From a virus (lineage: Duplodnaviria; Caudoviricetes), in the IMG/VR virus record IMGVR_UViG_3300017788_001950, positions 1,738 through 65,737 of that record: 64,000 nt of DNA; one strand, 5' to 3'. The notes under the pieces were generated by a model that was given only the letters and a program-made list of their open reading frames with translations, ran no database searches and had not been told where the DNA came from. Positions 10,699 through 20,692 of the stretch are shown here, one piece after another; position 1 is the first letter of the stretch, and each line of letters starts with the position of its first letter. The position numbers and the translations under genes are program-made.

Positions 10699-11651
10699 TA
10701 GCTCTCAAACACCAGCGTAAACATGTTGCAGTACGTTGTGCTCCCTACACTATCGATAAATACCTTGCCAACGAAAAACACATGCCGCACGACACCATCG
10801 GAGTCTGGTGGGAATTTACCGAAATCAATCACATCGAGCTTGGTAAGCTCTCGGTTGGTTACCTCGAAAAACTGACAGAGGAGGTTGTTTGCCTTGGAGG
10901 TTTCCACAAAACGAACTGTCTCTGAATAGCCAGTCTCCTCAAGGCCTTCGATTTCCTTGAGAACGTCCGAGTAGGTCAGAAGCTGCTTCTGATTTAGATT
11001 CACATAAAGGCCCAAGGGGGCTCCGGTGGTTTCTCCCACACGGGGCTTGTTGATCGGTGGAAGGAATTGGAAATTGGGAACGTGACTCATTCTCTTGTCC
11101 ATGAACACGCTTTCAACGTGGTCAATTTTTGTGTGAGTCAGGGAGTCTTCATCGATTGGACCCTTGTCGGTGATTGTGAACTTTGCGCTCGTGGGTCCAA
11201 TGAGGAACTGATCGTAGCGATCGTCAATGGGGTCGGGGCTCGAAAGGATGTAGAGGTTCTTGAAGTTATCAAGGTTAGAGGCCAGAAGGGTTCCGGCCAT
11301 GGAGGCAAACTGAGAGCCCGAAAGGCTTACACGCTCGGCTCTGTTGGAGCCCGAGAATATTTGACCGGCCGAGACCTTCATCAGACTGGAACCGCTGGCA
11401 AAGCTAGCCATGAGCTTACCAGAGTCATCGGCCTCAAACACAATGGAATCCTGCGGGAGATTGTTGGCCTCGAAGCAAAGTCGGCTGGTTACGTCCAGAC
11501 CACCAGAGACGATGGTGTCCAACTTGTAGATGGCTCCCATGTCGCTGAATGAGACATACTCAGCCCTCAGCTTGCCAGAGGCAATTTGAGCCTTTCCCTC
11601 CTGGGTCAGGATCGTGTCCAAAATGCGCTCCTTGGCGTTCAATAGACCCAT
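10698..11651 (-). CDS. Putative baseplate/tail structural protein (paralog of 1504..2217)
   Basis: 317 aa; MGLLNAKERILDTILTQEGKAQ parallels MGFLQGDTNNIILDAVLTDTGRQ. Confidence 0.55.
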   Translation of the reverse strand: MGLLNAKERILDTILTQEGKAQIASGKLRAEYVSFSDMGAIYKLDTIVSGGLDVTSRLCFEANNLPQDSIVFEADDSGKLMASFASGSSLMKVSAGQIFSGSNRAERVSLSGSQFASMAGTLLASNLDNFKNLYILSSPDPIDDRYDQFLIGPTSAKFTITDKGPIDEDSLTHTKIDHVESVFMDKRMSHVPNFQFLPPINKPRVGETTGAPLGLYVNLNQKQLLTYSDVLKEIEGLEETGYSETVRFVETSKANNLLCQFFEVTNRELTKLDVIDFGKFPPDSDGVVRHVFFVGKVFIDSVGSTTYCNMFTLVFES

Positions 11652-11694
11652 GTGGGTAACTGGTTTCCTTTCTTCACCCTATAAGTAGAGAATT

Positions 11695-12897
11695 CTAGAC
11701 TCTCTCAAGATCAAAGAATGGCTGACCCGATCTGCATTCATAGTCCCAGGCTCCGCTATCCCTAGGGTTGTAGGTAGGATTGGTTGCCGTTACATAGTCC
11801 AGGCTTTGGCTGTAGAGCAGGGTTCCGGTAAGGGGAGTCATGGTCACGGCTGCGCTCAGGGTTTTTCTGCTCTTGGTGTCGAAGAACTTTGTGTAAGGAC
11901 GCTGCTCAAGGGTGTCCCTGAGGTATCCGTGGTGTCCAGGTCTTAGGACCATGTTGGAAGCCAGAGGATTTCCGCTGTAAAGGCCGTATTTCCAGCCCTT
12001 AAGCAGAATATCGACTTGATAGTTTGAAATTCCTTCCGAAATTGTTATGCGACCTCTAGAGGCAAGGCTATAGTTGCCGTGACCAACCCCGAAGTACACC
12101 CTGTTTTGCGTTTCAGCACTAGGCAGCCAATGCCTGTCACGGTCTGCTAGGGGATAGGTAAGTGGCGAGCCAGCCACAATTCCTAGGACACCAGAAACGA
12201 ATATCGGATCGCTCGGTGTCCTTACAGAGGAGCCAAGAGGTCCGACATCCACGATGTAGAAATAGGAAAGACGTGAGGTCGTGAGTGCAACAGAGTCCTC
12301 AAAACCATTTCCTGCGTCCCTAGACCTTGTTATTGTTGTAGAAATTGGATAGGGAAGCCTGTAGCTAGGGTTATTGAACCTCACAAATCCCTTGTATCTG
12401 CTCATAAAGGGATAAGAAAAGGTCCAAACGTAGTCACTCCATACAGTTTCGCTTGGGTTTGACTTCCCTGTACCAAGCGAAGAATACCCAAACGCAATCA
12501 TGGCCGAGCCAGTTGGACCCACTCTAGGTATATTGTAATAGGAGCTGCCTGTCATGGTCGCTTCGTCAATTACGATATTCCCAATGTTCGCCTGGTTGTA
12601 GTACAGAGGGCTGGGAGTTTGACTGTCTGTAAAAACCTCTTCGGCACAAGGCAATGTTAGGAATCTTGTGTTGTGACCTATGGCCGAGCCGCTAATCATT
12701 GGGTAGGCAAAGGAGGCCAGATAGGTGAATCTCTGATCATAAAACGAAGAGGAAATTAGACCAGTGACACGATCAGCAATCACAACTCTTTCGTTGTTGC
12801 TGATCCTTGAAAAGAAGTCGCCAAAGAATACCCTGGCATTGTAGGAGCCAGAGTATGCGCTGTAGTTTTCCGTTTCAAATATGTCGTAGATTGTCAC
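11695..12897 (-). CDS. Hypothetical virion/tail protein
   Basis: 400 aa ORF in the structural operon, aromatic/Ser/Gly-rich. Confidence 0.55.
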   Translation of the reverse strand: MTIYDIFETENYSAYSGSYNARVFFGDFFSRISNNERVVIADRVTGLISSSFYDQRFTYLASFAYPMISGSAIGHNTRFLTLPCAEEVFTDSQTPSPLYYNQANIGNIVIDEATMTGSSYYNIPRVGPTGSAMIAFGYSSLGTGKSNPSETVWSDYVWTFSYPFMSRYKGFVRFNNPSYRLPYPISTTITRSRDAGNGFEDSVALTTSRLSYFYIVDVGPLGSSVRTPSDPIFVSGVLGIVAGSPLTYPLADRDRHWLPSAETQNRVYFGVGHGNYSLASRGRITISEGISNYQVDILLKGWKYGLYSGNPLASNMVLRPGHHGYLRDTLEQRPYTKFFDTKSRKTLSAAVTMTPLTGTLLYSQSLDYVTATNPTYNPRDSGAWDYECRSGQPFFDLERV

Positions 12898-12909
12898 TGT
12901 GTTTACTCG

Positions 12910-14754
12910 CTAACCGATTATCTCATGAATTGCCTTGGAGGTCAAAAGTTGACTTGTTGTGTCATTGGTCTCCACTCCATCTCGAATGTAAGAACCGTAG
13001 AGTGTCATCTTGAATGTGCCTGTAAGAAAGGTAATGGTAGATTCGTTTTGCCCTGCCGTTACAAATTGTGGTACGTTAATCGATATCGGCAATTGCCATC
13101 CTAGGATGAGTTGATCAGATGGTTGTAGTATGTAAGGGTTAATCTTGTGCTTTGTTCTTGGTACGGCCGTTTCTGCCTTCGTTCCATTGTCTGCTGCTGG
13201 AAAGGAGATCCTTCTATCAAAAGCAGTTTGAAAAAAGTCACCCCTTAACCCTCTTGTGCTGGGGCTGATAATTCCGAGACCGCTACGAGAACCGTCATGT
13301 CCTGGAAATAGGGTGCTGTAATTGAGACTGTCATCATAGACTAAAGTGAAATCTTGGTAACCGCCCGAAACAGATATGTCGGTGCCTCCCAGGTCTATTA
13401 GCTGATATGGAGTGCTAGCAGCCGGGGTGCACATGCTCATGGAAAATACAAGAGAGCTGGTCCAATTAGATCCTGTTGTGCCAGAATTTGTTGGGTTTTG
13501 AAGCACAATGTCATTTGCTGTGATTGGTAACAATTCGCCTGGCGAAGATGAAATTTGCTGAGTACTGTCATACACAAGCTTGTCATAGGCATCCTTTGCG
13601 AAAGAAAATACCTGAGAGAAACCAACAATGTCACGAAGAGTGTCAATATAGGTTGGCGAGCTAGCATTCCAGTTAAGGACTCGGAACACAGGTATGGAGC
13701 TGGTTAGGCGTGTTTTCTGTGTCGAGCTTGCCCCTCCATAATTGCCAAGGGCCTTAAACAAATCCAAGCTCTGATTTCTGCGTTGGTTGAGCAGAAAACA
13801 GGTATTGATTGAGGCCGTGACGGTTCTTCTAGATCCAATGTTGTATGCAGACGTGTTTGGACTTCCGACTTGCCAGGATGCGGAGACTGCAATGACTGCC
13901 TTTTCCAATACAAAGGGACGGTCAATGTAATTCCTCATGTTCAGGACCTGAGACGAGGTAGCATGGAATTTCGGATGATATGGAAAACCAAAGTCACTTA
14001 CACAATATCCGCTAGATACAAGCTTTGCAACCGAATTGCCTGGTGGGTTAAATCCGGCCGCGAAACCGATCATAAGATTATCGATGCCGTCACGGATTGC
14101 GTTAGGCAGAGGAGTAACGTTTGAGTTTATTTCATATCCCAGGCCTATTGGATCCCATGTCTTGGTGCTGAAATTGTAGTAGGCCATTGGGTAGGAAAGA
14201 CCACCAACACCTGCAAATGTTGAGGAATTTTGCAGATTCAAGGACGTTGAACTGCGAACGCTGATATCGATTTCGATTTTCTGTTTACTCCACAGAGGAG
14301 AATCGAAACCTTCTCCAACTTGGGCTACCGAACTACCGGTGGCAAAGAACTTATTGTTTGCAGATTTCCCATCGGACTCATAAAGGCTCTGCTCGACAAA
14401 AGGCCGCATAGTAGCAGACTCAAGATTTGGAGCAGTCAGGGAAGAGTCTCCAATGACTCTTGACTGAATTGCACCAGAGCTTCGAATAGTTGTGGAAAGT
14501 GGAATATCAGAAACGTCTGCAAATCTCAGAGCAGCAGAGCCGCTTGGAAGACCAATTCCTGGAAAGAAGGAAGCGGTTACCTGTCCAAACACCATGGTCT
14601 TTAGGTCATCGAAAGACACGCCTTCTTGACCCACAAGACCTCTTGGGGAAAACTGAATTCTGGTTGGATATGAGCCCGACAGATTATCAAGCAATCCAAG
14701 TTGGACTTTAGGAGGACGGCCACGAGTCCTTGTACCTTTTTCTTGCCTTGCCAT
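12910..14754 (-). CDS. Hypothetical virion/tail protein
   Basis: 614 aa ORF in the structural operon; visibly more AT-rich in its central part than neighbours. Confidence 0.55.
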   Translation of the reverse strand: MARQEKGTRTRGRPPKVQLGLLDNLSGSYPTRIQFSPRGLVGQEGVSFDDLKTMVFGQVTASFFPGIGLPSGSAALRFADVSDIPLSTTIRSSGAIQSRVIGDSSLTAPNLESATMRPFVEQSLYESDGKSANNKFFATGSSVAQVGEGFDSPLWSKQKIEIDISVRSSTSLNLQNSSTFAGVGGLSYPMAYYNFSTKTWDPIGLGYEINSNVTPLPNAIRDGIDNLMIGFAAGFNPPGNSVAKLVSSGYCVSDFGFPYHPKFHATSSQVLNMRNYIDRPFVLEKAVIAVSASWQVGSPNTSAYNIGSRRTVTASINTCFLLNQRRNQSLDLFKALGNYGGASSTQKTRLTSSIPVFRVLNWNASSPTYIDTLRDIVGFSQVFSFAKDAYDKLVYDSTQQISSSPGELLPITANDIVLQNPTNSGTTGSNWTSSLVFSMSMCTPAASTPYQLIDLGGTDISVSGGYQDFTLVYDDSLNYSTLFPGHDGSRSGLGIISPSTRGLRGDFFQTAFDRRISFPAADNGTKAETAVPRTKHKINPYILQPSDQLILGWQLPISINVPQFVTAGQNESTITFLTGTFKMTLYGSYIRDGVETNDTTSQLLTSKAIHEIIG

Positions 14755-14757
14755 GTT

Positions 14758-15645
14758 TCAGGAACCTCTCAGAAGGCCACCAAAGGCGATAGAGTCTGTA
14801 CCATATCTTCCCTGGTCGGGTCCATAAATGGTGGTACCTGCGGCGGCTGACTTTTGACTGTAGTTTTCTCGAATGTCCTCATCGAGCTCGACGTGAAGCT
14901 GCTTAAGCACCGAGATGAAAGCAGCCTCACTAGTATCGACCTGCGTGACAATTTGTTCATCGTTTGTGTCGTTGAAGGGAGTCCCAAGTCTCTCCTGGTA
15001 GTTAACGAAGCCCTCAATACGAATGCCCACGCCAAGGGAACCGCTATTGCCAACGTACTCCTGGCCCGAGTCGAGGAAGAACCTGGGGGTCAGGGGCGGG
15101 CTGTAGTCGATGAACTGCATAACCCTGTTTACGCCTCCTGTGGGGCTGTCATAGCCGTTCCCGTCCTCAAGGGAACCCTTGGGGCTTCTGGCTGGTCTGG
15201 AGCCCTCCTGAGGGCTTTTACGGAAAGGAATGGTCAAGGGTTCCACAATGGCCTCCTCCTCAGACTGAGGCCCGTCATTGAGGTAAATGGGCATTGGGTA
15301 GAAGTCTGGGTCCGCAATGTAGGCATCCTGGTCGAAGGGAATGACCTGGTCGTCAAACACCTTGGAATTCTCATATTCCGTCCAGGAACGAGCCTGACCA
15401 TAGGTGACAATGCGGACGGCATGTCCTAGGTTGCCCGACCAGAGTTTTGGCTGGTTTCCTAGATAAAGCTGGTGAGCCGAGGTAATCTCCACGCCCTGAC
15501 GGTAGGCGTCTATCTGACTGGTTCCGTATCCAGAACCACTCTGGGCAGAAACGGCCACGATCTGAGAAAGGCGATCCTCACCCGAGTCATCGAATGGATT
15601 AAACTCGTAGCCTGACAGACCCTGATATTCGTTGTAGCTTGGCAT
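14758..15645 (-). CDS. Hypothetical virion protein
   Basis: ORF track gives 14758..15687, but ATG at 15645 (MPSYNEY) avoids overlap with the upstream gene; acidic. Confidence 0.55.
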   Translation of the reverse strand: MPSYNEYQGLSGYEFNPFDDSGEDRLSQIVAVSAQSGSGYGTSQIDAYRQGVEITSAHQLYLGNQPKLWSGNLGHAVRIVTYGQARSWTEYENSKVFDDQVIPFDQDAYIADPDFYPMPIYLNDGPQSEEEAIVEPLTIPFRKSPQEGSRPARSPKGSLEDGNGYDSPTGGVNRVMQFIDYSPPLTPRFFLDSGQEYVGNSGSLGVGIRIEGFVNYQERLGTPFNDTNDEQIVTQVDTSEAAFISVLKQLHVELDEDIRENYSQKSAAAGTTIYGPDQGRYGTDSIAFGGLLRGS

Positions 15646-15661
15646 GAATGATACGTTTTGG

Positions 15662-18600
15662 CTAATACCTAGAGAATTCTCCGACAAACAACTGCAAGAG
15701 TATGGTGTCTTTCAGTCCATTGCGGTTGCTGTCTCCAAGATAGATATCTTGGAACAGATATTCTAGCTTCGGTCGCTCGAGCATGTGACTTTCTACCACA
15801 AAATTCGTGCCGATGAACTTGGTTTTTCTAGGAATGAGCTGACTGACGAATGTGCCAATGTTTGTGTCGAACCACTTATAGAACTCAAAGAAGGCCTTGA
15901 GGTTAACCTTGTTGGTTAGACGGTTGAAGTAAATGGTTCTCAGGTTTTCCAAACCAGGATAGTCCGGGGAGAACATAAGCTCCGGGTTTCCGAGAACGTT
16001 ATCCAGGGAATCCAGGGTTGCAAAGATATTCACTATGTCCTGGTTGAGAGCGTCCACAACACTGTAATCGATTGTGAATTTGGTGTTGTCGGTTGGCTGC
16101 TCCGATCTAGGGATTTCATACACAGGCGCAGTCTGGGCCCATGGGGTACCGAGCACATTGGAGTATTCCGTGAAGGAACGGATCCTAACCTTGTCGATGG
16201 TGCTTGCCTCATCAAACTTCGGGGAAATGTAGGTGTAGTAGTAACGCTCTGGTGTGATGATACTGCTGGTCGCAAGGAAGTTGCCACCCGTGAGATGCAT
16301 GTTGTTTTGCGAGAAATCGAAAATCGAAATGGTGCCCGTGGCACTGGAGGCTGTTACGATTTGGTCAGTATGGGCATCTACCCTGAGTCGTCCCCAGGAA
16401 CCAGACTTATTGGTGATGAAGCTGAAGTTGGTAAGCGGATCCTCAACGCCCTTGGAACGGAAGTCCCGGGCATGCTCCGTGGTTTCCTTCTCAGTAAGGT
16501 ACTTGGACCAGAAACGCATTTGGCTTACCTTGCCAGAGAAGTTGGTTGCTCTGGTCGTGGGGTCAGTTACCTCGGAGGTGTCGCCAAGGAAATGGTTTGA
16601 GGAGGTATCGATGCTTTGGGAACCAATGGCAAAATAAGAACCCGAGGCATTGAGAGAAGAAGAGTTGACCTGCCAGATTGGCACGGCCAGAGAACCAGAG
16701 AACTCATTGAAGTAGGAGGAGGTCGAGTAGGACTCCACAACAGAGCCATAGTTGGCACGAGCTGCTCTCAGGAAGTAGGAAGAGGACAGGCTGCTGCTGA
16801 GAATCTCCTCGTCGTTCCTAATGCGTCCAATAGAAACGTGCCACTTTTCTCCGTCAAAGAGATCCACACCAGTAATGCTCAAGGCCAAGTAGGGCGAGTT
16901 AGCGGCCGTGCCAGGTCTGCAATAGAGGTTAAGACTTGGTGAGGCACCGCTTACTGCCACCAGGTTTAAAGCCAGGCCCTTGCCAACCGTGGAGCCTGTC
17001 GTGTGAAAACGGACAAGGCTCTGAGACTGGTTGTTAACAGTGCCAGGTGCCCAGCGATAGATACCCTCGTAGGCAAAGGAACCAGAGGTCAGGTAGTGGT
17101 TTGCTGCTGGTGCTGCTCCGCCAACCAGAGGATAGCCAGGTTCAACTCTGGAGGCCGACAGATAGGAGCTGCTCACGAAACCGCCGCTGAGGAAATTGAG
17201 CATTGCAGCAATCTCGCTTCGACTATCTCTTGCGTAGGATAGTACTCTCTTGGTTGGACCTCCGTATTCACGGATACGGAAGTTGTTATCTGGATCTACA
17301 CCAGTTGCCCTGATGAAGGACTTGACACCATGGACGGTTCCCTTGGAGGCAACCACATCCCTGAGGTTAACCAGAATACGCCTCCAGATTTGGTTCTGAA
17401 TGTACTGTAGCGTGAAGGTGTTTGTGGATATGTTATCCTGAAGATTGTTGGCGTCTATGAACTGTGCAATGGACGAACCAACGAACATTGGAGGAAGCTC
17501 GATGCCCTGGGACTTTGCCAGCTTTTGAAGGAACTGATCCGGGATGGTGTCGGTTACATCATAGTCAACGAAACCTAGGTCAGAGAAAGCCTGAGTGTAG
17601 AGTTTCATCTCATCAAAGAACTTGGCCCAGGTGTACAGAAGAAGGAGCAGAACCTGCGTCGAGGCAAGTTTTGTTCCTCTTGGATCGGTGCTTGTGGTAA
17701 GGTCCTCCTGGATCTCACCTTCCTCAGTTTCAAAACCGCCTTCCACTTGACCCTCGGCCAAATAGTGCTTTGGAACCAACCTTGTGATGAGGTTTGGATT
17801 CGAGAGGTCATAAACGCTTGCCGATACCATTAGGGTTGAGCGGAAGTTGGTGACGGCCTCCTGAGTTGGGAAAAGGATTGGACAGTAGGACAGGTTCTCA
17901 TAGGCCATTGGAGAGGTACCAGCCAGGGTGCCGGTTGCAACCTGTCTAACTCCTAGGGACACGCCTGCTGCCGAAAGTTTGCCATGGAGTGAGTTAGAGG
18001 ATGCATCAATAACGAGATTGGAGTTGGAGCCCGAGGCCTCATTGAAGGCAAAGCGAAGCTTGAGATCGTCCGTGGCAAACACGGTCTTTTGCATGGATTC
18101 CTTTATGGAACTCACGTCTCGAATGGAGTGCCAAATACGGACCTCATCCAAAGCCCCAGAAAGGGTATTTGCAGGAACCCAGGAACTTCCCAGGGCGCTT
18201 CCAGATCCAATGATCATGTCGGCATTGGCCGACATGGTACCGAACTCAACTGGCATGGAGCTAGAGCCGAAGAACACACCATTGAGATAGGAACTTACCT
18301 TGTATTGGCCAGGGGTTCTGTCCCAGGTCCAGGCAAAGTGGTTCCAGACGCCCTTGTCGTAGGTCACGCTAAGACTTGAGAGATTGCTGCCTGAGGTAAT
18401 CCAGAAGGTACTCGATCCACTGGCAGTGGAACCGGTGGAATTCAGAACTGCCATGAAGCCCATGGAGCCACTGTGCTTGTCCACAATGGCCTGATTGTCA
18501 TTGGTGGTTGTGGGTGCAAAGAACCAATACTCCAGGGTAAGGGAATCGTCTCCTGGGTTCAGAATCGAGGAGCCGTCAATCTTCCTGGAAAGGTCAGGGA

Positions 18601-19075
18601 AAGCAGCACCGGCAATGTCCTTGACCGTAACCACCGTGCCACCGAAGGTTTCACCCCTTGTGCCAGAGAAGAACAGATACCCCTTGTTCTTGGGGTAATT
18701 GTCGTACACATGTTTCTCATAGCCCGTAAGGGAGTCAATGAAAGTCTCGGTCTCTTTCTTGGTTCCGTCGAAAGGAAAGGAGTTCTGAATCCTCTCAAAG
18801 GCAACGTTGACCTTTACCTGGGCCGAGTTGAAAAAGGTGTGGTTCTCAAAAGCACTCCAATCTACATTGAGTTGTTGGGTGCTCTTGAGTCCGGTACCCG
18901 CCGTGTCATAACGGAACGAACCGGTTTCCTGGATTGGTACGTCAACATTGCTCTCGGCATTCAAAAGGGTAAGAGTAACCGCCTGCGCTGCCTCGTTGGC
19001 CAGCGATCGAATGACGGCTGGCTCAAACAGGGAAGGACGATTTTCTGTTAGGCCTTTTGTGTTGTTGTAGGACAT
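15662..19075 (-). CDS. LamG/concanavalin A-like domain baseplate or tail protein
   Basis: 1137 aa; LTLEYW...WNHFAWTW...YLNG...LSGALDEVRIW and a second WHVSI...FSGKVSQMRFW are LamG-like signatures; SKGTVHGVKSFIRA resembles the baseplate gp7/P2 gpI-like motif. Confidence 0.7.
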   Translation of the reverse strand: MSYNNTKGLTENRPSLFEPAVIRSLANEAAQAVTLTLLNAESNVDVPIQETGSFRYDTAGTGLKSTQQLNVDWSAFENHTFFNSAQVKVNVAFERIQNSFPFDGTKKETETFIDSLTGYEKHVYDNYPKNKGYLFFSGTRGETFGGTVVTVKDIAGAAFPDLSRKIDGSSILNPGDDSLTLEYWFFAPTTTNDNQAIVDKHSGSMGFMAVLNSTGSTASGSSTFWITSGSNLSSLSVTYDKGVWNHFAWTWDRTPGQYKVSSYLNGVFFGSSSMPVEFGTMSANADMIIGSGSALGSSWVPANTLSGALDEVRIWHSIRDVSSIKESMQKTVFATDDLKLRFAFNEASGSNSNLVIDASSNSLHGKLSAAGVSLGVRQVATGTLAGTSPMAYENLSYCPILFPTQEAVTNFRSTLMVSASVYDLSNPNLITRLVPKHYLAEGQVEGGFETEEGEIQEDLTTSTDPRGTKLASTQVLLLLLYTWAKFFDEMKLYTQAFSDLGFVDYDVTDTIPDQFLQKLAKSQGIELPPMFVGSSIAQFIDANNLQDNISTNTFTLQYIQNQIWRRILVNLRDVVASKGTVHGVKSFIRATGVDPDNNFRIREYGGPTKRVLSYARDSRSEIAAMLNFLSGGFVSSSYLSASRVEPGYPLVGGAAPAANHYLTSGSFAYEGIYRWAPGTVNNQSQSLVRFHTTGSTVGKGLALNLVAVSGASPSLNLYCRPGTAANSPYLALSITGVDLFDGEKWHVSIGRIRNDEEILSSSLSSSYFLRAARANYGSVVESYSTSSYFNEFSGSLAVPIWQVNSSSLNASGSYFAIGSQSIDTSSNHFLGDTSEVTDPTTRATNFSGKVSQMRFWSKYLTEKETTEHARDFRSKGVEDPLTNFSFITNKSGSWGRLRVDAHTDQIVTASSATGTISIFDFSQNNMHLTGGNFLATSSIITPERYYYTYISPKFDEASTIDKVRIRSFTEYSNVLGTPWAQTAPVYEIPRSEQPTDNTKFTIDYSVVDALNQDIVNIFATLDSLDNVLGNPELMFSPDYPGLENLRTIYFNRLTNKVNLKAFFEFYKWFDTNIGTFVSQLIPRKTKFIGTNFVVESHMLERPKLEYLFQDIYLGDSNRNGLKDTILLQLFVGEFSRY

Positions 19076-20664
19076 TACTTGGTAACCTTGAAGCGGAACC
19101 CGTTGTTGTTAATGTAGTAGTCGCTGCCGTTTTCTGTTATCATCAATTCGAACTCGTAGACTTCGCCTGGGTCGAGGTCGGCCATGTAGAAGTCAAAGTA
19201 CATGCCATCACCATCGGTGGAGCACAGAGTTGCGGAGGAATCAAAGGGTACAATGACCTTCTTGGTGAAGGCATTGATCAAACGCCACTTCATGTTTCTG
19301 AGGATAACCGAGTTGGTTTTTGTTACAACCCTATAGGCCCTTGTGTCTGCCTGGTAGTCCTCAACGAAAATCCTAAGACGAGCCGTTTCCTCTTGGTTGT
19401 ATACCTCCTTGAGGTTGGTGATGTTGACCACCCAATTACGCTCTCTGAGATTGCTGTTTCCAGCCAGTGTTTGCCTAAAGAAATAGTGACCCTTTGCAAA
19501 AACCTGAGTGGTATCTGGAGACAAAAGTTCGTAACGGAACTGCTGCTCCGAGGCACCGCTGAGGAAGGCGAAAACGGTTGAGTTGGAAGCCAGGTTGAGG
19601 TCTAGACTGGAGGTGTAGATGCCAGTCTGGGCAACGCCACCGAGCACCAACTGAGATGCACTGAAAGACTGAGAGATGACCGAGAGGCTTCTGGTGAGAT
19701 GGGTGATTGTGGCGTTATGGGAAACGCTGAAGGAGCTGGTTGTGAACAGAACGCTTCTGCTTGCAATGAGGCGAAGCAGGGCGCAGTTTGGACCTGTAAT
19801 AGAAGAGGATCCGCTTACGAAGTTTGCGTAGCTGCCGTTCTCGGAGTTGTAGAAAAACACCTTCTGGGCGCTGTTGAACTCCAATTCACCAGTGTCATCC
19901 AGAAGCTGATTATTGTACTTCACAATGAGTCTTGGTTGAAGAGCCTTGTTCTGAACGTGGCGGGTTCCAAATCTCTTGACGAACCTTGTGGTGCCATCGT
20001 TCTCTTGAGAGTCCACGAAGGAAAGTCTCCAGCCGTGGTTTGGCAACAGCCCGGCCATGCTTGCGCTGGTCAGAGTAGTAACGTCCATTAGGAGATCCTC
20101 GTTTCCAACCGAGAATACCTGGGAAACCGTGAGGTCCACAAGGCCACTGCCAAGGTTGCCAGAGGTCACAATGTCAAGGCCAGGGGAGCCAAGGGTTCCA
20201 GAGGCCCCAAGACCGCCCGAAGTCCACAAGGTCACGGCACCATTGGAAATGCTTGCCGTTAGGAAGTTGCAGGCATCCTGGTCGCGATAGGCAATCACGT
20301 CCGAGCCCCGACCCTCATCCCAGGACTTGGAAATCGGGATAAGACGCAGGGTGAAGTTAGAAGGAGTTGTCTGACCTCCGTACACGTCCTTAAGAGAAAG
20401 GAAGGTTTTGAAGGAAGAGTCGTTGGTGTTCAGCTTTCCGCTGGCTGTTAGCTGCTGGAGAGGAGCAAAGTCGAACTGAATCAGGCCTCTGGAACGCTCA
20501 ATTACGCCACTCACCGAGGCCGTAAGGCTCAGGAAGGTTTCATTGTACAGCTTGAACAAATCCAACGTGGCCGCCTGGCCAACGTTGGAACCGCTGGTCC
20601 TGACGCCATTGATGTATTTGTCTGTGACGTAGGTGTCCTTGCTTGCTGTTAACAGTCTGTACAT
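19075..20664 (-). CDS. Virion protein with N-terminal DNRLRE/CBM96-like domain
   Basis: 529 aa; ASKDTYV...NVG...RSRGLIQFD...SWDEG...NHGW...PRLIVKY pattern. Confidence 0.5.
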   Translation of the reverse strand: MYRLLTASKDTYVTDKYINGVRTSGSNVGQAATLDLFKLYNETFLSLTASVSGVIERSRGLIQFDFAPLQQLTASGKLNTNDSSFKTFLSLKDVYGGQTTPSNFTLRLIPISKSWDEGRGSDVIAYRDQDACNFLTASISNGAVTLWTSGGLGASGTLGSPGLDIVTSGNLGSGLVDLTVSQVFSVGNEDLLMDVTTLTSASMAGLLPNHGWRLSFVDSQENDGTTRFVKRFGTRHVQNKALQPRLIVKYNNQLLDDTGELEFNSAQKVFFYNSENGSYANFVSGSSSITGPNCALLRLIASRSVLFTTSSFSVSHNATITHLTRSLSVISQSFSASQLVLGGVAQTGIYTSSLDLNLASNSTVFAFLSGASEQQFRYELLSPDTTQVFAKGHYFFRQTLAGNSNLRERNWVVNITNLKEVYNQEETARLRIFVEDYQADTRAYRVVTKTNSVILRNMKWRLINAFTKKVIVPFDSSATLCSTDGDGMYFDFYMADLDPGEVYEFELMITENGSDYYINNNGFRFKVTK

Positions 20665-20692
20665 TGTTCTTCCTGCGCTTCTCTATTGGGCC

